A stretch of 64,000 nt of DNA. Source: a virus (taxonomy: Duplodnaviria; Caudoviricetes). Shown piece by piece: positions 16,199 through 25,882 of the stretch; the stretch's first letter is position 1, and each line of letters starts with the position of its first letter. A program made the translations under genes and the position numbers. Location of the stretch: positions 1 through 64,000 of the IMG/VR virus record IMGVR_UViG_2772190774_000001. One strand, 5' to 3'. Under the pieces are notes generated by a model, which was not told where the DNA came from, searched no databases, and was given only the letters and a program-made list of their open reading frames with translations.

Positions 16199-16335
16199 GC
16201 ATTGCCTCGCTGTCTTATCGAATGCCTACAGAAAAGGTCCGGTTCAAATGGTCTTTCTTGTAGGTAATCGACATACTTGGAGGTAATCGCCACCTAGCCC
16301 CGGGGGAAGGGCTACATGCACCAGAAGACACACCC

Positions 16336-16929
16336 ATGAGCGGGCCCTGCCCCTGCCACCAGACGATGGACTCAGCCATCACCGGGCACACCCCACTCGT
16401 CCACTCCCTCGCCCGGCGTCTCGTCCAGCCCGGCTCCGCTGACTGGGACGACGTCATCTCCGACGGGATGCTCGCCCTCTGGCAAGCCCTCCTCAGCTAT
16501 GACCCCGACCGGTGGGCGTTGGACCGGTACCTCGCCGTGCGCATCCGCCACCGCCTCATCGACGGGCTGCGGCAGCGCACCGGACGGGGGGAACGCCCCA
16601 CCGTCATCTCCTTGTCCGAAACCCTGGGCGGCGGCCAGGCCAACCTCAGCAGCATCGACAACAGGCCCGGCGACTGGCACCCCAGCGAACAGCGCGACCC
16701 CCGGGACCCGGCGTCACCCATCGACGCCGCCCACTCCCAGCTCCACACCGAAGCCCTCATCCGGCAGCTTGCGCAGGTCGACCCGCGGCTGCCGGACATC
16801 ACCCGCAAGCTCCTGGCCGGCTACACCCGCACGGAGATCGCCGCGGACTTCGGGTTGTCCCGCACCCGCGTGTGGCAGCTCCTCACCCTGGCCGCTGAAC
16901 ACCTCAACCCTGGACGCCTGAGCGCGTAG
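16336..16929 (+). CDS. Sigma-70 family RNA polymerase sigma factor (group 3/ECF-like)
   Basis: Region 2 DDVISDGMLALWQALLSYDP...YLAVRIRHRLIDGLR; region 4 GYTRTEIAADFGLSRTRVWQL. Confidence 0.8.
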   Translation: MSGPCPCHQTMDSAITGHTPLVHSLARRLVQPGSADWDDVISDGMLALWQALLSYDPDRWALDRYLAVRIRHRLIDGLRQRTGRGERPTVISLSETLGGGQANLSSIDNRPGDWHPSEQRDPRDPASPIDAAHSQLHTEALIRQLAQVDPRLPDITRKLLAGYTRTEIAADFGLSRTRVWQLLTLAAEHLNPGRLSA

Positions 16930-16944
16930 AAAGCGAGAACTGCT

Positions 16945-17934
16945 GTGCGTGTTGGCTTGACCGGCGGCGCCGGTTTCATCGGCGGCCACATCATCGAGGC
17001 CCTGGTCACCCGCGGCCATCAGGTGACCGTGTTCGACCACCAGGGCCGCATCGACCCGCAGATCATGCTCGGCCTGGACCCGTACGACCGGGACGCCATC
17101 ACGGTGATGCTCGGCGACGTCCGCGACTCCACCGCGGTCACGGAGTTGGCGGCGCATGTGGACGGCATCATCCACCTCGCCGCGGTGCTGGGGACGCAGG
17201 AGACAATCGGCAACCCCCGACCCTCGGCGGAGACGAACATCCTCGGGTCGCTGAACGTCTTCGAGGCCGCAGCGCAGTACGGCCTCCCGGTCGCGTACGC
17301 CGGCGTGGGCAACCACTGGATGCGGGAGCACGGCGCCGGGTCGTACACCATCAGCAAGACGGCGGCGGAGGACTTCGCCCGCATGTTCAACGCATACCGC
17401 GGCGGGCGCATCAGCATCGTGCGCCCAGTGAACGCCTACGGGCCCAGGCAGAGTGTGGCCGCCCCGTACGGCTCCTCGAAAGTGAGGAAAGTGCTGCCCG
17501 CGATGGCTTGCCGGGCGCTGACCGGGACGCCGATCGAGGTGTACGGCGACGGCACCCAGATCAGCGACTGCGTGTACGTCACCGACGTCGCCGCGGCGTT
17601 CACGGCTGCGTTGGAGCAGACCCGGGCGTCCATCAAGGCGCCGGCCAAGCCCATCGAGGTGGGTCCCGCGGACAGTGTGACGGTGAACGACATCGCCCGC
17701 GTGGTCGCCGCCTGCGCGGCGAAGCTGACCGGCCGCGACCCGGTGGAGATCAAGCACCTGCCGATGCGCCCCGGCGAGGTGCCCAACTCTGTGGTGTCCG
17801 CGAACGTCACCACGCTGGCGCAGATCGGCCTGGACGCCGCCCAGTTCACGCCCCTGCATGAGGGGGTCGCGGTGACGGTGGAGTGGTACGCCCGCAACTG
17901 GCTGCCTGGCTACCTCGGTAAGGCGGTCGCGTGA
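16945..17934 (+). CDS. NAD-dependent epimerase/dehydratase (extended SDR)
   Basis: TGGAGFIG, IIHLAAV, YTISK, VNAYGPRQ, VYGDGTQISDCVYV.D. Confidence 0.92.
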   Translation: MRVGLTGGAGFIGGHIIEALVTRGHQVTVFDHQGRIDPQIMLGLDPYDRDAITVMLGDVRDSTAVTELAAHVDGIIHLAAVLGTQETIGNPRPSAETNILGSLNVFEAAAQYGLPVAYAGVGNHWMREHGAGSYTISKTAAEDFARMFNAYRGGRISIVRPVNAYGPRQSVAAPYGSSKVRKVLPAMACRALTGTPIEVYGDGTQISDCVYVTDVAAAFTAALEQTRASIKAPAKPIEVGPADSVTVNDIARVVAACAAKLTGRDPVEIKHLPMRPGEVPNSVVSANVTTLAQIGLDAAQFTPLHEGVAVTVEWYARNWLPGYLGKAVA

Positions 17935-18905
17935 AGGTCTTCGGCTGGCAGGCCGACCGGGCGGGGTGCGCATGGTGGCGCATCCTGGAACCGTTCAAGT
18001 CTTTGGCCGCCCGCGGTCACGTGGTGGGGCATGACGTGCGGTACACGGCGGACTGGGACGACGCCGACACCGTCCTCGCGCAGCGGACGTGCATGCCCGG
18101 CCCCACCGGCAGGTGGCAGGAGTGGGCGCGTCAGGGGCGGTTCCTGGTGTACGACCTGGACGACGACCTGTTCAGTGTGGAGCTGTCCGCGCCGAACGGG
18201 CGGTTCTTCGCACAGCCTGAGGTGCAGCAGCGCATCCGCGACAACATCGCCACAGCGTGCCGTGTCACCGTCTGCTCGGAGCGGTTGGCGGAGGTCCTGG
18301 CCCCGCTTCATGACGACGTGCGGGTGGTGCCCAACGGTGTCCCCGCCCACCTGCTCGACCGGCCCACGCCCGCCCGGAGTGGTCGGCTGGTCGTGGGCTG
18401 GGCGGGTACGCCGTCCACCCTCCCGGAGCTGTCCCTGGCTGTTCGCCCGCTGCGCCGACTGCTGGACCGGCGCGCCGATGTCGAGGTGCACACGCTGGGC
18501 CTCCCCCGAGAGGCGATCCGTCAGGCGAGGTTGCAGCACTCGCGGGTGCGGTCCACGCCGCCGATCGCGGACCCTGACGCGTACCTCGCGGCGGTGGACT
18601 TCGACGTGTGGGTGGCGCCGTACAGGAGCACGGCATTCAACCGGGCCAAGGCGCCGACGAAGGCGTTGGAGGCTGCGGCGTTGGGGATCCCCATCGTCGC
18701 CTCCGACATCGAGCCGTACCGGCGCTTCGTCCGCCACGGGGAGACCGGCTTCTTGGTGCGGCAGGACCACGAGTGGGACGCCTACCTGCGTGAGCTGTGC
18801 GACGACGACCTGCGCCAGCGAATGGGGCAGGCGGCCCGCGAACTGGCCCGGCAACACACGACCGAGGCCATCGCCCCGCTGTGGGAGGAGGCGCTGACGC
18901 CGTGA
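17931..18905 (+). CDS. Glycosyltransferase, GT-B/GT4-like
   Basis: VYDLDDDL; KALEAAALGIPIVASD..Y...VRHGETGFLV. Confidence 0.88.
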   Translation: MKVFGWQADRAGCAWWRILEPFKSLAARGHVVGHDVRYTADWDDADTVLAQRTCMPGPTGRWQEWARQGRFLVYDLDDDLFSVELSAPNGRFFAQPEVQQRIRDNIATACRVTVCSERLAEVLAPLHDDVRVVPNGVPAHLLDRPTPARSGRLVVGWAGTPSTLPELSLAVRPLRRLLDRRADVEVHTLGLPREAIRQARLQHSRVRSTPPIADPDAYLAAVDFDVWVAPYRSTAFNRAKAPTKALEAAALGIPIVASDIEPYRRFVRHGETGFLVRQDHEWDAYLRELCDDDLRQRMGQAARELARQHTTEAIAPLWEEALTP

Positions 18906-19651
18906 AGGTCGGTGTTGCGATCCCTGCGTACAACGAGGTGCACACCATCGGGCGGTGCCTGGACAGTGTGCGAGCGCAGACTCATCAGGCGAGGGCGTAT
19001 GTCGCTGTGGACGCCTCAACGGACGGAACACTCGAACTCCTGCAACACCACCCGCAGTGGTGGGCGGGCCTGACGTGGCTACCTGAACGGTCCGGGTGGC
19101 CAACAGCCCTGAACGCCGCCGCCGAGCTGGCCATCAATGACGGCTGCGATGCGGTGATGGTGATGAACGCCGACGACTACATGCGGGCCGACGCCGTGGA
19201 ACGCCTCAGCGTGGCGTTGGAAGGCCACGACTGGGCGCTGCCCTACGCCCAGCAGGTCGGCGCTGAGAACGCCGTTCAGGTGCCGTTGAAGCGTTTCCCG
19301 TTGACGCTGAGGGACTTCTCCGGCCCGCACTGCCCGATCATTGTGTTCGGCCTGATCCGGGCCCGCGTGTGGCAGGACCTCGGCGGCTACGCGACGGACG
19401 TCTCTCTCCCCGGTTCGTACGGCTACAACGAGGACTGGGACTTCTGGATCCGGGCGTTCAAAGCGGGCTACGGGTCCGGAGCGCTCGTGAGGGAACCGCT
19501 GCTGTTCTACGTGATGAGCGACAAGCAGCTCCACAAGCAGGGGCTTCACCGCCATGCCGAGGCCCGAGCCTTGATCATGGCGAAGCACCCTGACGTGTTC
19601 GAACACCGGCAGTGGGCGCCGTGCTCCTGCGGTTGCATGGAAGGGGTTTGA
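18902..19651 (+). CDS. Glycosyltransferase family 2
   Basis: VAIPAYNE...IGRCLDSV; MNADD DxD; NEDWDFWIR. Confidence 0.88.
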   Translation: MKVGVAIPAYNEVHTIGRCLDSVRAQTHQARAYVAVDASTDGTLELLQHHPQWWAGLTWLPERSGWPTALNAAAELAINDGCDAVMVMNADDYMRADAVERLSVALEGHDWALPYAQQVGAENAVQVPLKRFPLTLRDFSGPHCPIIVFGLIRARVWQDLGGYATDVSLPGSYGYNEDWDFWIRAFKAGYGSGALVREPLLFYVMSDKQLHKQGLHRHAEARALIMAKHPDVFEHRQWAPCSCGCMEGV

Positions 19652-19652
19652 T

Positions 19653-20522
19653 GTGATCGACGCCCACCCGGTGATCTGCTGGACCCCGTACGGCCGGCGC
19701 CGGACGGTGAGCATCCTCGCTGAGTACATGAAGCGGGACCACGCTGCGGGGGTGGTGGACGAGTGGTGGCTGTACGCGAACTGCGACCCGAGCGGGCAGG
19801 AGGATGACCTGGCCTACGCGCACGAGCTCGCCGCCACCTACGACTGGGTGAAGGTGCTGGAGCGGCCGGAGGGGTACGCCCGCCAGCACCCAAAGCAGCG
19901 CAATACAGGCCTGTTTTACCTGTACTGCACGGACCCTGAGGCGGTCTACCTGAGGTTCGACGATGACATCGTGTACGTGCACGAGGCGGCCATCGAGAAC
20001 CTGGTAAGGACGAAGCTGGCGCTGCGCGACTCGGTGTTGTGCGCGTTCCCCATCATCATCAACAACGCCGTCGTGTCGTGGCACCTCCAGCAACAGCGGC
20101 GTATCCCCTGCTCGGGTGACGGATGGCAGTCGGTGCAGTTCCCGTACTGCATGGACGCCGTCGGCTGGGCGGACGGCGGGTTCGCGGTGCGCCTCCATGA
20201 GCTGCTGCTGAAGAAGATCGAGGCGGGCACGGTGGAGGACCTGTACATGCACCACACCGTGACCCTCGCCGAGCGGCAGCAGTTCTCCGTGTCGTGCTTC
20301 GCCACCATGGGCTCCGACTACACGGTGCTCGACCCGCCCGGCCATCTGGGGGCGGAGGAGGAGTTCTGGCACAGCGTGCACCGGCCTAAGCAGGCGAGCC
20401 GGGCAAACATCATCGTCGATAGTGCGGTGGTGTCGCACTGGTCGTTCTACCACCAGCACAAGGAGCTGGACGCGTCCGGCCTGCTCGACCGGTACCGGGA
20501 GCTCGCTGCCAACTTGAGCTGA
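19653..20522 (+). CDS. Putative GT-A fold glycosyltransferase
   Basis: WTPYGRRR; YLRFDDDIVY DxD; VVSHWSF; operon context. Confidence 0.65.
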   Translation: MIDAHPVICWTPYGRRRTVSILAEYMKRDHAAGVVDEWWLYANCDPSGQEDDLAYAHELAATYDWVKVLERPEGYARQHPKQRNTGLFYLYCTDPEAVYLRFDDDIVYVHEAAIENLVRTKLALRDSVLCAFPIIINNAVVSWHLQQQRRIPCSGDGWQSVQFPYCMDAVGWADGGFAVRLHELLLKKIEAGTVEDLYMHHTVTLAERQQFSVSCFATMGSDYTVLDPPGHLGAEEEFWHSVHRPKQASRANIIVDSAVVSHWSFYHQHKELDASGLLDRYRELAANLS

Positions 20523-20764
20523 TGGCGGGCACCGCTCTGCGAGACAATGGCACTATGAGAGACCTGGGCGAGTCAATGCGGCGTATGGCCGACGAGGCGA
20601 ACCGTTGCCGCGATTCTCACGACAGAATGGGCAGAGCCGCGAGCGGTGCCGCCCGCGCGTTCTCTGGCCTCATGCATGCAGCGGCGGAAGGAGACGCAGC
20701 CGACATCGCCGCTCACCCCGATCTGACCTACCTCGACCTTCAGGCGCGCGGGTTTTACGACTGA
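20522..20764 (+). CDS. Hypothetical protein
   Basis: End of operon; start uncertain. Confidence 0.45.
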   Translation: MAGTALRDNGTMRDLGESMRRMADEANRCRDSHDRMGRAASGAARAFSGLMHAAAEGDAADIAAHPDLTYLDLQARGFYD

Positions 20765-20782
20765 CCCACCCAAGCGGCACGG

Positions 20783-20817
20783 AAGCGCCTCCCACCTTTT
20801 GCAGGTGGGAGGCGCTT
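20783..20817. terminator. Bidirectional terminator
   Basis: 15-bp perfect stem AAGCGCCTCCCACCT/AGGTGGGAGGCGCTT between convergent operons. Confidence 0.8.
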
Positions 20818-20818
20818 T

Positions 20819-21010
20819 CTATGCGGCGGCGGGTTCGCCCTTGACCTCGGCCAACTGCCGCCGCAACTCCTCCCGCTCCCCGAGGAGCTGGTCCACCGCC
20901 ACACGCAACTGCGTCGCCTCATGCAGCAGGTCGTTCCGCTGCTTCTCCAGCTCCCGCGCGTACGCCCCGACATCGATCCGGAACGTCTCCCGCTGCTCGC
21001 CGTCGCTCAC
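20819..21010 (-). CDS. Small coiled-coil protein at end of tail operon
   Basis: LEKQRNDLLHEATQL...; coupled. Confidence 0.7.
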   Translation of the reverse strand: MSDGEQRETFRIDVGAYARELEKQRNDLLHEATQLRVAVDQLLGEREELRRQLAEVKGEPAAA

Positions 21011-21555
21011 CGCTGCCTCCCCATCTTCTCCATCCGAACCTGCTCCACCCTCTGGGCGCGCTCGGTCACCGCGTCGCGGTCCATCCGCTGCTCCATGTCC
21101 GCCCGGAGGATCGCGTGAATGTCCGGCACTGCCGCTGCCTTGCCCCGAGCAGCCACCATGCGCTGCGCCGCCCGGGTGGTCACCTGCGGCTCCGCCGCCT
21201 GCCCGATCGGGCGTTCCGCCTCCAACACCCGCAAAGCGGCCTGCACCCGCTCCCGAGCCTCAGCAGCGGGCATCGCGAACGGGTCGAATTGGACCTCGTC
21301 CAGGCGGCCCTCCCGGCGTAGGGTCTCCCGTGCGTACGCCAGGTAGGTGACGTGCCGCACCAAGTCCTCACGATGGTCGGGGTCGTCCACGTCGTACCCG
21401 TACACCGCCGCCACGTCGTTGACGTAGTCCTTCGGCATGCTCACGCAGTACTCACCCGAGTGGGACACCTCCGGCGGCACCTGGTACTCAATGACCCACC
21501 GCTCCCCGTCGTGCGCCTGGTCGTCGTCCGCCAGCCCAGTGACTTCCCAGCTCAT
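21007..21555 (-). CDS. Hypothetical tail-region protein
   Basis: ATG overlaps stop of upstream tail gene. Confidence 0.7.
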   Translation of the reverse strand: MSWEVTGLADDDQAHDGERWVIEYQVPPEVSHSGEYCVSMPKDYVNDVAAVYGYDVDDPDHREDLVRHVTYLAYARETLRREGRLDEVQFDPFAMPAAEARERVQAALRVLEAERPIGQAAEPQVTTRAAQRMVAARGKAAAVPDIHAILRADMEQRMDRDAVTERAQRVEQVRMEKMGRQR

Positions 21556-24500
21556 GCCCGGTGCCCGAACCAGTTGATGTGATCCACGCTGCTGGACAGG
21601 CTGGCCCCGGTCCACGCCCAGGAGAAACTGTCCTGCGAGTTGTTAGTCATACTGAACCCTCCGTTTGTACCCGCGCGGACCTGAGCCACGGGGTAAGGGT
21701 TTCCGCTGTAGGTGAGCCCATAGAAGATCGTGCCGCCCGTGCCGGACACGTTGGCCTTTCCAGCGAGGAACGCCGAGTCGGTGTTGTTGCCCCACTTGCC
21801 GTGGATGCGGACGGTGCCGACCCCGTCCATGTACATGCTCGCGCCGTTGACGTAGCCCATGGTGATCGCGCCGAACGCGGTGATGTACCCGCCCTGCCAG
21901 TCGGGGGTGGCGTCGCAGAACCCCATCTCCCACCCGCTGGACGTGAAGCGCAACCGGCTGCGGCGGTTGGACTGGATGGCCGACCCGATTTCCATCTGGT
22001 GCGTACCACCCAGGTCCTGCGTCCAATAGTGATATTGGTTGAGGTCGTACTCCTCGTACAGGCGGATCTCCGGCTCGTACGCCCCCGACGTGGGTCCGGG
22101 GTTGATGACCAGGCGTTTCTGCGCCGTCTCCGAGCTGCTGATCCGGCCGACGACAGTGACGGTGCCATCGACGGCGTTGATGTCGACCGTCCTGTCACCG
22201 CTGGAGTTGTACGCCTCGAACCCGTTCTGGTCGATGACGATCCGCGACCCGGAGGTGCCCGAGCGGAGGGTGAAACTGCCGGAGGCGTTGAGGTCGACCA
22301 GCGTGACACCGCTCCCGTTGAAGATCTTCAACCCGGTCGTGTCCAGCGAGACCCGCGCCCCGGTCGCGGCCGACCTCATGTAGAAGCTGCCGTCGCTCGT
22401 TGCGAGGTTCACCGTCTGGAACCCATCCGCCATGTAGGTACGCAAGCCCGAGGTGTCCAACTCCACCCGCGCCCCCGTGCTGCCGGAGCGCAGGGTGAAA
22501 GACCCCGACGTCGACAAGGTCACCAGCGACGTGCCGGCGGAGTTGATGATGCGCAAGCCCGTCGTGTCGAGCTCCAGCCGGGAACCTGTCGCCGCCGAGC
22601 GCAGCAGGAACGACCCATCGGCCTGGGAGATCGCCACGGTCTGGACGTTGCCTGACGTCCACGCCCCGATCCCGCCACTGTTGAGCTCGACACGGGCGCC
22701 GGTGTTGGCGGTTTTGATGCGGGCGCCGACGATCCAGTCCGCTCCGATCGTCCCCGCGGTCACCTTGGACACGGTGAGGTTGCTGATGTGCGCGTCGTCG
22801 ATCAGGTCCGCCGTGGCCACCGCGGCATCCGACGCCGTGGACTTGTTCCCGCTGGTGTCGACGGCGATGACCTTCACATACCTGGCTGTGGTCGCCGAGG
22901 TCGGGAACGTGGCCACGGCCGGCACTTCGGCGATCAGCATGCCGGCGTTCGCGGGCAGGTTCCCCACGATGGTGGTCTCGTCCGGGGTGAACGTCGACGA
23001 CGTGCCGACGTGCACCTCGAAATGGTCGAGGTCGGGCTCCAGGTTGTAGGTGCCCCCGCTGGCTTTGCCCAGCTCGTGCACCACCTGAATGGCGATCAGC
23101 GACCCGGCCACCGTGGGTGCCGCCGGGGTGGACGGGGCGAGGGTGTCCGCTGACACGGTGATGGTCTGCGTGACCGACCAAGGGGAGAAGTGCTGGTAGC
23201 GGTCCGCGGCGCGGATCCCGATGTCGTAGTCCGCGCCTGGGGACAGGTCTTGGATGAGGATGCTGTTGGTGTCCCACGCCGCGTAGACGAGTTGCCAGTC
23301 CGTGGCCGGGTGCACGGAGTATCGGATCTCGTAGTGGTCCCCGTCGAGGACCGTGCTGCCGTCGTCGTTGAACGGGGTGAGCCAGGTCAGCAGCACATTC
23401 GCCCGGGTCTGCCCAAGCGCGTCCTGATACGACTGCGTCTGGAACGGCGGATCCCAGTCGGGGGTGGCCGGCGTCGACAGGTCCTCGCTGGGGCGGGGGC
23501 CGATCGGTTCCGATCCGCCACCCGTCAGCGAGCGGGGGAGTTCGCCGATGGTGATGGACACGTCGGCCTGGTTTTCGAACTTCACGTGGTCGGTGAGGTC
23601 CCACCACACGCCGTCCCGGTCCCGGAACGCCACGGTCATGCCGTCCACGACGGGCCAGGTCATCTCGACGCAGCGGTAGCGGGCGGGGTTGATTCGCTGC
23701 CCCCGGAAGATGACCTCGTTCGCAATGTCGTACAGGCCGGTGTCGGGGTCGTACACCCACACGTACTCCCCCACGCCCAGAGTGCCCGCCACGTCGTAAT
23801 CCGAGGCGGCCAGGCGCATGCTGCGGCGGGTGGAGGAGATCGCGTTGAGTTCGATCTGCGCCCGCACCGTGGCGTTGCTGCCAGCGGTGGACGACTCGGA
23901 CACGACCTTCGTCAGGGTGACCTGGTGGCCGAACAGGTCCTTGTATGGGACCGAGACGGCGTTCGCCGCGCCCGTCGCGATCGAGCTGCCTTGCCCTTCG
24001 GCGAGGATCACCACCCGTGTGGCGTACTCCTCCACGTCCTCGGCGGAGTCGATTTTCCCCTGGTAGGCGTTCAGGGTGAGGTCCCGGCCGTAGCCGTGTT
24101 TGACCAGCATCGCCGCCTCAGTGCGGGGCGGGTACAGCTGGTCGATCGTCCCCGCATCCACAGAGGCGTCGCCGTTGACCCGCCACTCGGCGCCGAACGT
24201 GGTGCAGACGTAGTCGATGGCCTTACGCGGGGTTTGCCACTGGTGCCGGCCGCTGTACGTCCCGGCCACGCTGTGCAGGGTCCCCTCGGCCACGCTCGTC
24301 GGCAGCAGTCCGCGGATGACCTGCGCGAACGTCTTGCTAGTGAACACGGCGGTGGACTCGATGACGGGACCCTTACCTGACTCGTCGCCCAGCCAGTAGG
24401 CCATGCCGACGCCGTTGAGGCGGTAGGTGCCGTCGACGTTGTGCGTCCGGTTGTCGACGTCGTTGACCCTGTTCCGGTACACCCCGACGTACCGGGCCGA

Positions 24501-24659
24501 TGACAGCAGTTCGTCGCCGTACTCCTTCGGGTTGAGGCGGCCCTCGATGACGGCGATGTGCCCCAGGTAGGTGAGGGCGTCCAGCAGTTCCTGCGGGGTC
24601 GACGACCGCAGGCTGATGGAGAACGACCCGAGGGCTTGCTTGACCTCTGTCACCGGCAT
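21552..24659 (-). CDS. Large minor tail protein (hub/central fibre) with Fn3-like domain and beta-repeats
   Basis: LTWLTP..Y.IRY..L.PG.DY.IGIRAAD Fn3 pattern; repeats G[A/S]R[V/L]xLDTxG; position after the Dit-like gene. Confidence 0.8.
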   Translation of the reverse strand: MPVTEVKQALGSFSISLRSSTPQELLDALTYLGHIAVIEGRLNPKEYGDELLSSARYVGVYRNRVNDVDNRTHNVDGTYRLNGVGMAYWLGDESGKGPVIESTAVFTSKTFAQVIRGLLPTSVAEGTLHSVAGTYSGRHQWQTPRKAIDYVCTTFGAEWRVNGDASVDAGTIDQLYPPRTEAAMLVKHGYGRDLTLNAYQGKIDSAEDVEEYATRVVILAEGQGSSIATGAANAVSVPYKDLFGHQVTLTKVVSESSTAGSNATVRAQIELNAISSTRRSMRLAASDYDVAGTLGVGEYVWVYDPDTGLYDIANEVIFRGQRINPARYRCVEMTWPVVDGMTVAFRDRDGVWWDLTDHVKFENQADVSITIGELPRSLTGGGSEPIGPRPSEDLSTPATPDWDPPFQTQSYQDALGQTRANVLLTWLTPFNDDGSTVLDGDHYEIRYSVHPATDWQLVYAAWDTNSILIQDLSPGADYDIGIRAADRYQHFSPWSVTQTITVSADTLAPSTPAAPTVAGSLIAIQVVHELGKASGGTYNLEPDLDHFEVHVGTSSTFTPDETTIVGNLPANAGMLIAEVPAVATFPTSATTARYVKVIAVDTSGNKSTASDAAVATADLIDDAHISNLTVSKVTAGTIGADWIVGARIKTANTGARVELNSGGIGAWTSGNVQTVAISQADGSFLLRSAATGSRLELDTTGLRIINSAGTSLVTLSTSGSFTLRSGSTGARVELDTSGLRTYMADGFQTVNLATSDGSFYMRSAATGARVSLDTTGLKIFNGSGVTLVDLNASGSFTLRSGTSGSRIVIDQNGFEAYNSSGDRTVDINAVDGTVTVVGRISSSETAQKRLVINPGPTSGAYEPEIRLYEEYDLNQYHYWTQDLGGTHQMEIGSAIQSNRRSRLRFTSSGWEMGFCDATPDWQGGYITAFGAITMGYVNGASMYMDGVGTVRIHGKWGNNTDSAFLAGKANVSGTGGTIFYGLTYSGNPYPVAQVRAGTNGGFSMTNNSQDSFSWAWTGASLSSSVDHINWFGHRA

Positions 24660-24663
24660 GCGA

Positions 24664-25869
24664 CTACCTCCGGATCGCCATGGTCTGCTCGGGCAGGGCC
24701 CCGATGTACTGGTTCCGCAGGTCGGTGGCCGCGTCCCCTGACACGGCGCTGCTCCCGTCGACCACGGCGGCGAGGTAGAAGTCCAGCGCCGTCACAGACG
24801 CCTTGGAGACGCCGAGGTTGGCGTGCGCCGTGAACGACCGCGCAGAGCCGCAGGTCGCCTTATTGCCGTCGTCGTCATCGCTCGACGCCACGAGGTAGCC
24901 GCTCGACGCCGTGTTCGAATACGCCTCACCCGAAGTGAGGTACGCCGACAGGGTCGCCGATGTTGAGCGTTGCAGGTAGCACTCGACCAGGCGCGACCCC
25001 CGCCGCAGCCCGATGTCGAGCACGACCCGGCCGGTCTCGTTCGGGCCCTGCTCCCGGGTGAGGCGGAGGATGACCTGCTCGTAGTCGTTCCGCACGAGCG
25101 TCGCGCTGTCCCACGCGGTGATCGCGGTGCCGTCGGAGATGGTCCAGTCCTTGGCCTCCCACGCGGTGCCGCCCCACGCCTCCACAACCAGCGTCCCCGC
25201 AGTGGAGGGGGTGACCCTGACCAGGGCGTTCGTCAGCTCCCAGCCCGAGGCTTCCAGCTGCTGGTTGGTGCCGGTGCGTTCCAGCCCCATCGACAGCAAC
25301 CTGGCCCGGCCCATCGGATAGTCCGCGGGGGTGCACCCCCAGCGCGGGTTCGTCCCTGCGGCCAGGCCGCGGTACACGGTGATCGTGCCGTCCTGCGTGG
25401 CCCTGGTCATGGACGAGGGAATCGTGGCGCCGGCGGAATAGGCGTAGTGCCCGATGGCGGGGGCGTGCCACGCCTCCCCCGTGAGGCTGAAGTCGTTGGC
25501 CCTCTTGATCCCGGTCAGCCGGGACTGGATGTCTACCTCGCCGGGCCCGCCGAACCGCTTCAGGCTGATCGACCAGTCGCTGGTCTGGATCTCGCCCTGC
25601 TCGTTGCGGAGGACGGCGGATGCGTCGGTCACCCCGTAGTACCCGTCGAGCCCCGTCTTGTCGTCGAACGTCACCTGCACCAGCGCCCCGTGCAGCCCAA
25701 GGACGGAGTCGTGCCGGCCGCGCAGTTCTTCGGCCGGCAACGGTGGGCTCGCCTCCTGCCCGGTCAGCTTGAGCGCCCGCTCGCCGGTCTGGGCGTTCAG
25801 CGATTCCTCTCCCGTGGTGGTCTCGCGCAGGGTCAGGCGTCCGATGCGGATGGCGCCCCAGGTCGTCAC
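24664..25869 (-). CDS. Minor tail protein (distal tail/baseplate-like)
   Basis: Synteny after TMP; beta-rich composition. Confidence 0.7.
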   Translation of the reverse strand: MTTWGAIRIGRLTLRETTTGEESLNAQTGERALKLTGQEASPPLPAEELRGRHDSVLGLHGALVQVTFDDKTGLDGYYGVTDASAVLRNEQGEIQTSDWSISLKRFGGPGEVDIQSRLTGIKRANDFSLTGEAWHAPAIGHYAYSAGATIPSSMTRATQDGTITVYRGLAAGTNPRWGCTPADYPMGRARLLSMGLERTGTNQQLEASGWELTNALVRVTPSTAGTLVVEAWGGTAWEAKDWTISDGTAITAWDSATLVRNDYEQVILRLTREQGPNETGRVVLDIGLRRGSRLVECYLQRSTSATLSAYLTSGEAYSNTASSGYLVASSDDDDGNKATCGSARSFTAHANLGVSKASVTALDFYLAAVVDGSSAVSGDAATDLRNQYIGALPEQTMAIRR

Positions 25870-25882
25870 AGGTCCTCCCTGG

